Positions 54,260-63,727 of a DNA stretch of 64,000 bases are shown piece by piece. The DNA comes from a virus. The notes beneath the pieces are model-generated. The model was not told the origin of the DNA, ran no database searches, and saw nothing but the letters and a program-made list of their open reading frames with translations. The stretch lies in the IMG/VR virus record IMGVR_UViG_3300025732_000018; one strand, given 5' to 3'. Each line of letters begins with the position of its first letter. The stretch's first letter is position 1. The translations under genes and the position numbers were made by a program.

Positions 54260-54730
54260 ATGAAAAAGTTCGACCTAGACGAGGTGAGAGAGTTTATAGC
54301 TAGCTCGTCTGAGACCACGCGCGTGTACATAGGAGCTGACTCCGAGAGATACCGCAGGGGCGACCAGTGGTGGGCTGACTACACGGTAGCCGTCGTCATC
54401 CATCGCGACGGGTCGAAGGGGTGCAAGGTGTTCGGCAAGTCTGAGACAGAGCGAGACTTCGACCAGAAGAAAGATCGTCCGTCGTATCGTCTGATGAACG
54501 AGGTCTATAAGGCCGCCGAGGTGTACATGCAGCTAGCCGAGTCAATAGGAGACAGACATGTTGAAGTACACCTTGATATTAACCCTGATGTTATGCACGG
54601 TAGTAGCTGTGTGGTACAGCAGGCAATCGGGTATATACGCGGAACTTGTAACATGGTGCCTCGCATTAAGCCTGACGCTTTCGCTGCTAGTTATGCTGCT
54701 GATCGGTTGAAGGAGATCCTCGCTGCATGA
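54260..54730 (+). CDS. RNase H-like YkuK/DUF458 family protein
   Basis: YIGADS, RL-NEV, EVHLDIN, KPDAFAASYAAD. Confidence 0.85.
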   Translation: MKKFDLDEVREFIASSSETTRVYIGADSERYRRGDQWWADYTVAVVIHRDGSKGCKVFGKSETERDFDQKKDRPSYRLMNEVYKAAEVYMQLAESIGDRHVEVHLDINPDVMHGSSCVVQQAIGYIRGTCNMVPRIKPDAFAASYAADRLKEILAA

Positions 54731-54996
54731 GCTTTACAGGTCTGGAGCTGCTTCTAGCAGTCGCGTGCGCGTATCTAGGTATCATGTCGGCTAGGAGCAA
54801 CATATATCTAGTACTCGATTGGATGACCAGCAAGGTCGGTCGCGAGAGAGGTCTGAAGCTTCTCTCCCTGGTCGACGTGATCATTCTCTCCGGCATGGTC
54901 TATCTCGGTTACTGGGGAATCATCCTGATTACGTTCTTCTTGTCTAAGGCCTTCTACCTGTTTAAGGTGGACTATGAGACGACGTTGAGCCAATAA
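54727..54996 (+). CDS. small membrane protein
   Basis: Hydrophobic segments; coupled start. Confidence 0.6.
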   Translation: MSFTGLELLLAVACAYLGIMSARSNIYLVLDWMTSKVGRERGLKLLSLVDVIILSGMVYLGYWGIILITFFLSKAFYLFKVDYETTLSQ

Positions 54997-55042
54997 ATAG
55001 TCCGCCTCAACGTCGAGGTGCCACAACAGGAGTCTTCATGCG

Positions 55043-55399
55043 ATGGCAAATTACTGGGGTTATCATCTCATCCTAGACTGCGCCGGGTGCGACCCGAACG
55101 CGATCAGGGACTACGACACCATCTATAAATTCACAAAGCAGCTCGTCAAGGACATCGACATGGTGGCCTACGGCGAGCCCCAGATCGTGGACTTCGGGTC
55201 CGGCAACAAGGCCGGATACACCCTCGTCCAGCTTATTGAGACCAGTAACATCTGCGCTCACTTCGTAAACGAAGACAACACGATGTATCTCGACGTCTTC
55301 TCGTGCAAGGAGTACGACAACGACATCGTCATCAGACTCGTCCAGGAATACTTCGGCGCGATCTACGTCCGTCCTTCATTCATCACAAGACAAGCCTAA
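55043..55399 (+). CDS. speD: S-adenosylmethionine decarboxylase proenzyme-like
   Basis: GYHLILDC--C, GYT---LIETSNI-AH (pyruvoyl Ser), LDVFSCK. Confidence 0.85.
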   Translation: MANYWGYHLILDCAGCDPNAIRDYDTIYKFTKQLVKDIDMVAYGEPQIVDFGSGNKAGYTLVQLIETSNICAHFVNEDNTMYLDVFSCKEYDNDIVIRLVQEYFGAIYVRPSFITRQA

Positions 55400-55414
55400 C
55401 ATCAGGAGTTCGCT

Positions 55415-56068
55415 ATGAGCTACGTGAGACTGGTTGCTGTAAGCAAGCCAGAGATACCGGGATTGGAGAACGCGGGTGACCTAGTCGCCTACTGTGCCCG
55501 CGTCTCCAACCCCTCCAACCAGATGAACGCCGAGACGGCACCCAAGCTTCTCAGGTACCTCGTCAACAACAAGCACTGGTCTCCCTTCGAGATGGTGAGT
55601 CTCACCATGGAGATCGAGACCACTCGAGACATCGCCCGTCAGATCCTTCGCCACCGCTCATTCTCGTTCCAAGAGTTCAGCCAGCGCTACGCGGACCCTC
55701 GCGAGGGTCTCGGGTTCGTCACTCGTGATGCTCGACTCCAGGATCAGAAGAATCGTCAGAACAGCGTCGAGACCGACGACGAGAAGCTGATGGCCGAGTG
55801 GAAGAACAAGCAGAAGTATCTCTCGTCTCTGGCTGAGCTGACATACGACTGGGCAGTCACTAACGGCATCGCTAAGGAGCAGGCTCGCGCGGTCCTACCC
55901 GAAGGTCTGACCGTATCTAGACTCTACATGGCCGGCACGCTCAGGTCGTGGATCCACTACTGCGAGCTTCGAATGAAGAACGGAACTCAGAAGGAGCACT
56001 CAGAGGTGGCCGACCAGTGTTGGCGGATTATCACCCAGCAGTTTCCATCAATCTCAGGGCTCCTCTAG
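55415..56068 (+). CDS. thyX: flavin-dependent thymidylate synthase
   Basis: HWSPFE, RQILRHRSFSFQEFSQRY, AKEQAR-VLP, RSW-H---LR, TQ-EH. Confidence 0.95.
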   Translation: MSYVRLVAVSKPEIPGLENAGDLVAYCARVSNPSNQMNAETAPKLLRYLVNNKHWSPFEMVSLTMEIETTRDIARQILRHRSFSFQEFSQRYADPREGLGFVTRDARLQDQKNRQNSVETDDEKLMAEWKNKQKYLSSLAELTYDWAVTNGIAKEQARAVLPEGLTVSRLYMAGTLRSWIHYCELRMKNGTQKEHSEVADQCWRIITQQFPSISGLL

Positions 56069-56082
56069 GGGGCCCTTTTTTT
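56056..56082 (+). terminator. intrinsic terminator after thyX
   Basis: AGGGCTCCT-CTAG-GGGGCCCT followed by a T-tract. Confidence 0.8.
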
Positions 56083-56083
56083 C

Positions 56084-56091
56084 TATAAATA
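56084..56091 (+). promoter_or_regulatory. late promoter TATAAATA
   Basis: Exact consensus opening the late gene block. Confidence 0.85.
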
Positions 56092-56107
56092 TGCTAGGAG
56101 ATAACAG

Positions 56108-57169
56108 ATGCCAGCAAAACTCAACGAAGGCGACATCCTCGAGGGCATATTCTGTCTTGCGGCCGGACTGCTTCTCGCTTACGAGACAGTCGACAAGAAT
56201 AAGCTCAACCAGCTGAGGACCGTCGTCGACCCTAACAAGTTCTTAGACGGACGAGAGAGCGTCGTTATCATCAAGGATCGAGCCGACGGCCTTGACCGGA
56301 ACTCGGTGACCTGCGTCATAAGACTCAAGGCCGCGACGACGTCCAGCGCCTTTGGTAAGGACTACGAGGTCCTCTACGCCAGTCAAAAAGACATCGGCAA
56401 GATCGACCAGAAGGTCACCACCATCCAGAACCTGGTCAACTCGACGTCGTTCGCAGGAAAGCTGCTGGCGCTGAAGAAGAAGTACACCACCAATAGGACC
56501 GCGGAGTCACTCGACTTCGTAGTGACCGCCGACGGGATAGCCGGTGAGTCGTCGGGTGGAGAGATCAAGGGGGACGTTGCAGTTAAGTTCGACGTCAAGG
56601 ACTTCAGAGGAAAGGTGATCGGCTCTGAGACCCTCAACTACTCCATCAAGTCCAAGTCTGTCACCGTGTCGAACCTCAGCCCCTACAAGGGAATGATCAA
56701 GATGGCCGAGGCGTTCGGAGTCACTTCGACGCGACTCATCGAGAAGTACAAGCCTATCTTCGAGAAGCCGGCTAGGGACGACGCTACCAAGGCGGCGGTT
56801 AACCAGGCCATGAACGAGATGTACGGCATCATTCAGGACGAGGTGATCAAGAAGAACAACGACCCCAACTTCACGACCAAGGCGTTCAACTTCATCAAGA
56901 AAGAGATCTTCGGGTCGGACCTCGCGGACCTGGTCGACATCCAGGACAAGAAGATTAAGGAGATCACTAAGGACTACGTCGATCACATATCTAAGAACGT
57001 CAAGGTGAAGGCGGTGAAGGCCGGTCAGTACCTCAGGATCGTGGCGGTCACCGACCCGAAGAGCGTCCTGTTCTCGATACGTCTCAAGGTGAGGACGGGA
57101 TCGTCGGGATCCGTCGAGAGAAAGTTCTACATAGAGTCGGGTAACATGCTATACGGCGGAAAGAAATGA
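56108..57169 (+). CDS. late hypothetical protein (possible PD-(D/E)XK-like fold)
   Basis: 353 aa after the late promoter; KGDV...YSIK. Confidence 0.7.
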   Translation: MPAKLNEGDILEGIFCLAAGLLLAYETVDKNKLNQLRTVVDPNKFLDGRESVVIIKDRADGLDRNSVTCVIRLKAATTSSAFGKDYEVLYASQKDIGKIDQKVTTIQNLVNSTSFAGKLLALKKKYTTNRTAESLDFVVTADGIAGESSGGEIKGDVAVKFDVKDFRGKVIGSETLNYSIKSKSVTVSNLSPYKGMIKMAEAFGVTSTRLIEKYKPIFEKPARDDATKAAVNQAMNEMYGIIQDEVIKKNNDPNFTTKAFNFIKKEIFGSDLADLVDIQDKKIKEITKDYVDHISKNVKVKAVKAGQYLRIVAVTDPKSVLFSIRLKVRTGSSGSVERKFYIESGNMLYGGKK

Positions 57170-58395
57170 GAAGCCTCAGGGGATTCATAACCGAGTCCAA
57201 GAACACACACATGGAGCACCTAGAGGACAACGTCCTCAACGCCGGCTACGACGGAGCGCGAGAGGCTGTCGACTTCTTGAAGAACCTCAAGGACACCCTC
57301 GACGGAAGGACCAAGAACAAGGTTAACCTCTCAGTCAAGTGGGACGGGGCTCCGGCGGTGTTCGCTGGAATAGATCCTACTGACGGAAAGTTCTTCGTGG
57401 CCAAGAAGGGTATCTTTAACAAGAACCCGAAGGTGTACAAGACAGCCGCCGAGATCGACGCGGACACCGAGGGTGACCTGGCGTCTAAGCTCAAGGACGC
57501 ACTCAGGTACCTTCCTAAGATCGGAATCAAGGGTGTGATTCAGGGCGACTTCCTCTTCTCGAAGAAGGACCTCAAGGTCCAGACAATCAACGGCGAGAAG
57601 TACCTGACGTTTCACCCGAACACCATCATATACGCGGTGCCGGTCGACTCAGTCATGGCGAAGCAGCTCAAGTCCGCCAAGATTGGAATAGTCTGGCACA
57701 CGTCCTACAGCGGGAAAGACTTCTCGTCGATGAAGGCTACCTACAACAAGGCCCTGTCTCTCCAGCTCAGGCCGTCGAAGGACGTGTGGTTCACCGACGC
57801 CATCTATCGAGACGTCTCTGGAACTACTACCATGACGGCGTCTGAGACCGAGGCCGTCGACTCCATAGTAGGAAAGGCCGAGTCCCTTCTGGCCTCCATA
57901 GAGCCTAAGACCCTCAACTCTATATCTGACAACGAGGAGCTCCTGATCCTCGTCAAGACCTACAACAACTCGAAGGTCAGGGCAGGTGAGAAAGTGACCG
58001 ACCTGTCGGCCCACGTAGACGGCCTGGTAGACTTCATATCGTCGAAGTTCGCCAAGGAGGCCGAGAAGAGAAAGTCTGACACGGGTAAGGCCAGCATAGA
58101 GACCAAGAAGAACGCCATCCTAGGCTACCTGTCTAACACACCGAAGGCTGAGCTGATCAAGATCTTCGAGCTCATGAACGTCATAGTCGACGCGAAGCAC
58201 GCCTTCGTCAAGAAGCTCAATGCCGTTAAGAGCATAAATACCTACTTAAGTACCAACGCCGGATTCAAGAAGACCGGGCACGAGGGCTTCGTGGTGTCTG
58301 ACCACCTGAACAAGAGCGCAGTCAAGCTCGTCGACAGGTACGAGTTCAGCTACGCCAACTTCAGCCCGGACGTCCTAAAGGGATGGCAGAGATAG
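57166..58395 (+). CDS. conserved T4-like protein with ligase-type KxDG motif (DUF6267-like), probable internal head protein
   Basis: KNTHMEHLED, SVKWDGAPAVFAG, QGDF, HEGFV, VKLVDR-EFS-ANF; N-terminus MRSLRGFITE. Confidence 0.75.
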   Translation: MRSLRGFITESKNTHMEHLEDNVLNAGYDGAREAVDFLKNLKDTLDGRTKNKVNLSVKWDGAPAVFAGIDPTDGKFFVAKKGIFNKNPKVYKTAAEIDADTEGDLASKLKDALRYLPKIGIKGVIQGDFLFSKKDLKVQTINGEKYLTFHPNTIIYAVPVDSVMAKQLKSAKIGIVWHTSYSGKDFSSMKATYNKALSLQLRPSKDVWFTDAIYRDVSGTTTMTASETEAVDSIVGKAESLLASIEPKTLNSISDNEELLILVKTYNNSKVRAGEKVTDLSAHVDGLVDFISSKFAKEAEKRKSDTGKASIETKKNAILGYLSNTPKAELIKIFELMNVIVDAKHAFVKKLNAVKSINTYLSTNAGFKKTGHEGFVVSDHLNKSAVKLVDRYEFSYANFSPDVLKGWQR

Positions 58396-58396
58396 A

Positions 58397-59710
58397 ATGG
58401 CACAGTTTAGAAAAGACACGCATCAATACCTAGCTGATGGAAAGACCATCTTCGAGGTGATGATGCTCGCTGACCAATATGGAAGTCTAGTAGGACCAGC
58501 CAACCCATCCGGCATGGCAGTCGACGCCTTCGGCAGGGCCAGGATGTCGACCCCACTCACTCTCTTTGACTCCTCTCACAGGTACAAAGACAACGGTCTG
58601 TGGGCTACCTCGAACACCGCGACAGCCACGTACAGCCACAGCGCTAACTCTGGAATGATCTCTCTTACAGTCGACACCACGGCGAACGCCGAAGTCGTTA
58701 GAGAGACTACAAAGGTCTTCTCGTATCAACCTGGTAAGTCTCTGCAGGTACTAAGCACCTTCGTGTTTAACCCTGCGAAGACTAATCTCAGGCAGAGAGT
58801 CGGCTACTTCGGCGCTCAGAACGGCATTTACTTAGAACAGGACGGAACTAACATCTACTTTGTAGAAAGGTCTTACTCTGGAAACTCGCTGTCGGAGACT
58901 CGAGTCTCTCAGGCAAACTGGAACGTAGACACCCTGCTCGGTGCAGTTCCTTCGAGCCCGTCGCAGAAGACTCTAGACCTGAGTAAGGCTCAGATCCTTT
59001 TCACCGACGTCGAGTGGCTCGGACTCGGCACGGTGAGGTGCGGATTCGTCATCGACGGAAAGCTGATTCACTGTCACTCGTTTCATCACGCAAACTTGAT
59101 TGATTCTACATACATGACGACTGCTTCTCTACCAGTTCGCTACGAGATTAAGAACACTGGAACAACCTCGAGCAGTTCAACGATGAAGCAAGTCTGCTCT
59201 TCCGTCATCAGTGAGGGAGGATACGAGCTTAGAGGAGACCAGAGATCCGTCGGCACACCCGTTCAAACACCTAAAACGCTGACGACGGCTGGAACTTACT
59301 ATCCTATCGTTTCTATTCAACTAAGATCAACGACCCTCGACGCGATTGTCATCTTAACAGCACTATCTATTTTAGGCATCAACAGCAATCCCTGCAGCGT
59401 TGCTTGGAGACTGTACAGAGGTGCTACCCTTACTTCACCCTCTTGGACTCCGAGCGACTCTGACAGCGCCGTCGAATACGACACGGCTGCTACAGGTCTA
59501 AGTGGCGGGAAGGTGCTAGCACAGGGATTTGTCGGAATTAACAACCAATCGTCACAGACGATCGACGTGCTAAAAGAGGCTCTATTTAAGTTTCAGTTAC
59601 AAAGAAACGGTCTAACGAGCACGGCAGAGCCACTGACGATTGCATTGGCCGCTTCGGTCAACTCCGTCAGCGCGCTCGCTTCAATGGACTGGGAAGAAGT
59701 CACGAGATGA
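58397..59710 (+). CDS. putative virion structural protein
   Basis: DAFGR-R-S-P-TLF, YQPGKS, WLG-G-VR-GF; beta-rich late protein. Confidence 0.7.
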   Translation: MAQFRKDTHQYLADGKTIFEVMMLADQYGSLVGPANPSGMAVDAFGRARMSTPLTLFDSSHRYKDNGLWATSNTATATYSHSANSGMISLTVDTTANAEVVRETTKVFSYQPGKSLQVLSTFVFNPAKTNLRQRVGYFGAQNGIYLEQDGTNIYFVERSYSGNSLSETRVSQANWNVDTLLGAVPSSPSQKTLDLSKAQILFTDVEWLGLGTVRCGFVIDGKLIHCHSFHHANLIDSTYMTTASLPVRYEIKNTGTTSSSSTMKQVCSSVISEGGYELRGDQRSVGTPVQTPKTLTTAGTYYPIVSIQLRSTTLDAIVILTALSILGINSNPCSVAWRLYRGATLTSPSWTPSDSDSAVEYDTAATGLSGGKVLAQGFVGINNQSSQTIDVLKEALFKFQLQRNGLTSTAEPLTIALAASVNSVSALASMDWEEVTR

Positions 59711-60960
59711 AGAAGATAGTCGTCGGCTGGGGAAGAATGAACCCCATAACTATTGGGCACGAGCTGCTGGTCAACAAGATCAAGTCAGTCGCTAGGTCCA
59801 TGGGCGCCGAGGCTGCTGTCTACCTGACTCACTCTCACGACTCTAAGAAGAACCCCTTGGACTATGGCTCAAAGGTTAGCTACGCCAGAAAGGCATTTGG
59901 CTCGGTGGTGAGGGTGTCCCCTCACAAGAACATCATCGACGTCATGAAGAGCCTCAAGGGCTACGACGAGGTGACTATTATAGTGGGGTCCGACAGGGTC
60001 CTAGAGTTCAAGACGTTCTTAAATAAATACAACGGTAAAGAGTTCAACATAAAGAAGCTAGAGGTCGTTTCCGCCGGCGAGAGAGATCCGGACGCGGACG
60101 ACGTCTCTGGCATGTCGGCATCAAAGATGAGGGCCCTAGCCGCGGCACAGGACCTCAATGGGTTCAAGTCAGGACTGCCAGAGAGACTCAGGACGAGCGC
60201 CTCGGCTATCATGAAGAAAGTAAGAAAAGGACTGATGATGGAAGACGTCAGCGATCACATCGAGGAAGAAGTCTCTGAGGGTCTAGACTACGCTCAGAGG
60301 AGAAAGCGCGCCCAAGTTTTCAAGAAGTACTCGGCCAAGATCACAGCGGCTCGTCGTCGAGCCATGTCAAGGTCGTCTACCTCTAAGGGAATCATGAAGA
60401 GGGCGCGCCGCGAGGCCATCGGTCGAATGAAGGCGCGCATGTCTAGAGGCAGGGACGTCGCCACTCTCTCCTCGCCTGAGAAGGCTAGGATCGAGGACAT
60501 CATCGCCAAGAGAAAGAACGCCATCGTCAGGATGGCCACCAGGCTTCAGCCGATAGTCAGGAAGCGCGAGAAGATGAGGCTGTCCGGTGGAAGACACGCC
60601 GGGACGATCAACCCGTTCGCTGAGGAGGTCTCAAAGAAAGACGCCGAGGTGAACGTGAAGACCAAGAAGACGGTGGTCAAAGACATTAACAACAAGAAGT
60701 ATCTAGAGTTCTTCAGCGCCGACTCGATGAAGGAAGAGTTTAACGAGTTCCTAGTCAAGGGTGGGTTCTTCTCAGCAGACGAGCTAGTCGAGATGAACGT
60801 GACCGAGCTAGTGGACGAAGTAATGAGCGAGGGCTCTGAGGGTCTCTGGGCCAACATACACGCAAAGCGTGAGAGAATCAAGAGAGGTTCCGGCGAGCGC
60901 ATGCGCAAGCCAGGAGAGAAGGGTCGCCCGACTGAGGCTGACTTCAAAGCGTCTAAGTGA
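59707..60960 (+). CDS. cytidylyltransferase-like (HxGH) nucleotidyltransferase with extended C-terminus
   Basis: GRMNP-TIGH, KNPL, VGSDRV, SAGERDPD, MSASKMR. Confidence 0.85.
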   Translation: MKKIVVGWGRMNPITIGHELLVNKIKSVARSMGAEAAVYLTHSHDSKKNPLDYGSKVSYARKAFGSVVRVSPHKNIIDVMKSLKGYDEVTIIVGSDRVLEFKTFLNKYNGKEFNIKKLEVVSAGERDPDADDVSGMSASKMRALAAAQDLNGFKSGLPERLRTSASAIMKKVRKGLMMEDVSDHIEEEVSEGLDYAQRRKRAQVFKKYSAKITAARRRAMSRSSTSKGIMKRARREAIGRMKARMSRGRDVATLSSPEKARIEDIIAKRKNAIVRMATRLQPIVRKREKMRLSGGRHAGTINPFAEEVSKKDAEVNVKTKKTVVKDINNKKYLEFFSADSMKEEFNEFLVKGGFFSADELVEMNVTELVDEVMSEGSEGLWANIHAKRERIKRGSGERMRKPGEKGRPTEADFKASK

Positions 60961-60970
60961 CACAGGAGAA

Positions 60971-61210
60971 ATGAACATGGAAATTATAATTGCAGTAGTA
61001 CTCATCGGGATCGCTGGTTACTTTGCGTACAAGGTGGCAGTAGGAACTGACCCGATCGACGACGCCAAGAAAGCGGCAGACGTCAACGGTGACGGAAAGC
61101 TCGACGTAAAAGACGTCAAGGCGGCCGCGAAGAAAGTTCGCACACGCGCCAAGAGAGTCGTCGAGAAAGAAGTTGAGAAAGCTAAGACCACGAGGTCAAA
61201 GAAGAAATGA
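60971..61210 (+). CDS. small membrane protein with EF-hand-like DxNxDG motif
   Basis: TM helix, then ADVNGDGKLDVKD. Confidence 0.7.
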   Translation: MNMEIIIAVVLIGIAGYFAYKVAVGTDPIDDAKKAADVNGDGKLDVKDVKAAAKKVRTRAKRVVEKEVEKAKTTRSKKK

Positions 61211-61839
61211 AGTCCTTCAAGGAACTCATCAGAGAGGACGTGCCTAGACACCCTCTCAGCACAATGATAAAGAACCACCCAGGGGTGCACCCCCTGCAGG
61301 TGGATCCGGCTGTTAAGCACGCTCTGACGAACAAAGACAGGGACGTCGACGGCGACGTCGACAAGTACGACAGACCAAAGTCAAAAGTGCCCGATGAGAT
61401 TCCTGTAGGAAGTCAGAAGCTCAACCGGGTCATGACTAATAAGTACGCCGGTGAGCTCAAGCACATTCACAAAGGTATAGCTTATGAGCACGTCATTCCA
61501 TTCGGGGAGTTCATTGACGAGGGTGTGATCGAGGAGGATTTCGTCGTCACCGGTGAGGAGCTATACGAGGACTGGGGCGAGCCTCTCGAGGAAGCTGAGT
61601 ACCAAGGTCGAAAGGTAAAGCTTGGGAAGCCGTTCCTCACCCCAGACGGACCAAAGAAGAGAGCAGTGTACGTTCAGAACGACAAGGGAAACGTCGTGAA
61701 GGTAAACTTCGGCGACCCTAACATGAAGATCAAGAAGAACATTCCGGCCAGAAGGAAGAGCTTCAGGGCCAGACATCACTGCGACACGAATCCCGGACCT
61801 AGGCATAAGGCGCGCTACTGGTCCTGCAAAGCCTGGTAA
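61207..61839 (+). CDS. conserved late protein (probable processed head protein)
   Basis: MKSFKELIRE start; EAEYQGRKV-L-KP...RRKSFRARH-C...ARYWSC. Confidence 0.75.
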   Translation: MKSFKELIREDVPRHPLSTMIKNHPGVHPLQVDPAVKHALTNKDRDVDGDVDKYDRPKSKVPDEIPVGSQKLNRVMTNKYAGELKHIHKGIAYEHVIPFGEFIDEGVIEEDFVVTGEELYEDWGEPLEEAEYQGRKVKLGKPFLTPDGPKKRAVYVQNDKGNVVKVNFGDPNMKIKKNIPARRKSFRARHHCDTNPGPRHKARYWSCKAW

Positions 61840-61851
61840 CGGAGAAGAAGA

Positions 61852-62169
61852 ATGATAAACGACCTACCAAAGTCACTCATAGAAGCAGCTAAGGCCATCA
61901 AGGTCGACGTCAAGAAGAACACTCACGACGTCAACCTTCGGAAGAGAGAGAAAGAGATAGCGGCTTCTCACAAGGCCAACGTCAAGGAAGAGGTCAAGCA
62001 GGTTGACGAGGCCCTCAAGGGAGGTCAACACAAGCTAGACGTCGACAAGGACGGAAAGCTCGAGAAGTCAGACTTTAAGAAGCTCAGGTCTAAGAAGACC
62101 AATGAGGAAGTACAGTTCTCAGACAAAGAGCTGGCTCGAATCCAAGAGATAATTGGTACCGATAAATAA
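61852..62169 (+). CDS. hypothetical late protein with DxDxDG motif
   Basis: Q-KLDVDKDGKL---DFKKLR. Confidence 0.7.
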   Translation: MINDLPKSLIEAAKAIKVDVKKNTHDVNLRKREKEIAASHKANVKEEVKQVDEALKGGQHKLDVDKDGKLEKSDFKKLRSKKTNEEVQFSDKELARIQEIIGTDK

Positions 62170-62196
62170 CAATAAGAAGAAGCAAGGAGCACAATA

Positions 62197-63033
62197 ATGT
62201 CTCAATGGAAGAAAGACGACAGCGCAGCCAACTCAGTGCTGTGGGCAGTCGCAGGATACAACAAGCCGGCTAACAGCACCACACAGGCTGCTTTCTACGG
62301 CAACACCACCGCCAGCGCCTTCATCAGCGGCATGGCCGTCGGCCAGTTCGGCGTCGACGCGGCTGAGGCCGGTGTCGGTGGCAAGGTGGCTGCCGGCGTC
62401 ATAACCTACGCCGGTTCTGGCTACACAGCTAACGCCACCGTGACCCTCACGGCCACCAACGGCGGAACGAGCGCGACTGCTAACGCGACAGCAACGTCCG
62501 GCAAGATCACCGCGATCAACATCTCGGCAGTCGGTTCTGGCTACACCACCGCTCCGACAGCGGCCATCGCGGCTCCGGCCAACACCACCTTCAACGCTTC
62601 TTCTGCGGTGACAGGTGGAACCGGCAACGGCGCTAACAACGTCATAGCGATCAGCTCGGCTGGATCGTTCGCTGCCGGTGACAAGATCATCTATCGCGTG
62701 GCTGCAGGCAACACTGCCATCAGCCCTCTGACCTCTGGAACAACCTACTACGTCCAGCACGCTAACTCGACTGTAGTCGCTCTTGCCACTACCTCAGGCG
62801 GAGCGAGAATCGCTCTTACTCCTGGATCTTCTGAGACCGGTCACGCCCTTCAGGGTGACACCGCTACTGGCTACACCACGGTATCCGGCGGTAAGGCAGT
62901 AGCTCACGCCGGCTGGGTAGTCCGCAAGGAAGGCACCGGCGGCCGCGCAGGTCGCGTCCAGTACGAGACCCTGGTGGCTATGGGATCGATGACCGGCGAC
63001 GGTTCAGACGACACCATCCTTCCAGACAGCTGA
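62197..63033 (+). CDS. virion structural protein (Ala/Gly/Thr-rich)
   Basis: GSGYT repeats, HAGWV...GGRAGRVQYETLVAM; GATAAATA upstream. Confidence 0.75.
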   Translation: MSQWKKDDSAANSVLWAVAGYNKPANSTTQAAFYGNTTASAFISGMAVGQFGVDAAEAGVGGKVAAGVITYAGSGYTANATVTLTATNGGTSATANATATSGKITAINISAVGSGYTTAPTAAIAAPANTTFNASSAVTGGTGNGANNVIAISSAGSFAAGDKIIYRVAAGNTAISPLTSGTTYYVQHANSTVVALATTSGGARIALTPGSSETGHALQGDTATGYTTVSGGKAVAHAGWVVRKEGTGGRAGRVQYETLVAMGSMTGDGSDDTILPDS

Positions 63034-63050
63034 TAGCATAGGGGTGCCTC

Positions 63051-63338
63051 ATGGCTAACAAGAAAGTAACTGAGCTTGCCGCCGCGACGGCACCCGTAGC
63101 TAACGACGTCCTCCTCATAGTGACAGACGTAGCTAACACGGCGGTGACTAAGAAGGTCACCGCCAACACTCTCTTCAACGCCATCCCGGCAGGTAAGATT
63201 CAGCTGGCCAACACTACCAACGCTCCGGCCAGCAGCTCGGCTACTGGGACCGTGGGTGAGGTGAGGGCGACCAGCACGTACTTATACGTCTGCACAGCGA
63301 CAAACACCTGGAAGAGGGTGGCACTAGAAACATTTTGA
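63051..63338 (+). CDS. small structural protein
   Basis: KKVTEL, G--GE----YLYVC-ATNTWKR. Confidence 0.7.
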   Translation: MANKKVTELAAATAPVANDVLLIVTDVANTAVTKKVTANTLFNAIPAGKIQLANTTNAPASSSATGTVGEVRATSTYLYVCTATNTWKRVALETF

Positions 63339-63727
63339 TAATGAAGCTTGATGAGACTAACTTCTTGCTGTACGCGGCCAAGAACTACGAGAACCCGCAG
63401 TGCTTCGACACCCTAGAGTTCTACGAGGACCTGAAGCACTTTAAGTACATCAAGCGTCTCTTCAACAAGTACGTCGAGACCGGTGACCTGAAAGAGAGAC
63501 TGATCATCAATCACCTGGTGATCATATATAATATGTTCGGCGTCGAGGCTGCTACAAGGATGCTGTTCTTCAAGCTCAGAGGCTACGAGAAGCTCCTAAA
63601 GCCATTCTTAGTCTACATGAACTACATGCCGGAAGTCGTGAGAGAGATCGGTATAACTGCCGAGAACATCAAGAGCTCAGACATTCCGATGGACCATAAC
63701 ATAATAACGACTCTCAGGAAGATCTAA
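63335..63727 (+). CDS. conserved T4-like hypothetical protein
   Basis: NFLLYAAK-Y-NP, EF-EDLK-FKYIKRL, ERLIINH. Confidence 0.8.
   Translation: MIMKLDETNFLLYAAKNYENPQCFDTLEFYEDLKHFKYIKRLFNKYVETGDLKERLIINHLVIIYNMFGVEAATRMLFFKLRGYEKLLKPFLVYMNYMPEVVREIGITAENIKSSDIPMDHNIITTLRKI

Noticed and set aside
54997-55042. SAM riboswitch upstream of speD
   Set aside because: Only a short hairpin (GCCTC/GAGGT) is visible; I cannot match a SAM-II/V or SAM-SAH consensus.
650-63184. Numerous antisense and alternate-frame ORFs inside core genes (e.g. 39162-39941, 33254-33799, 62233-62760)
   Set aside because: Shadow ORFs expected from biased codon usage; they overlap well-supported genes.
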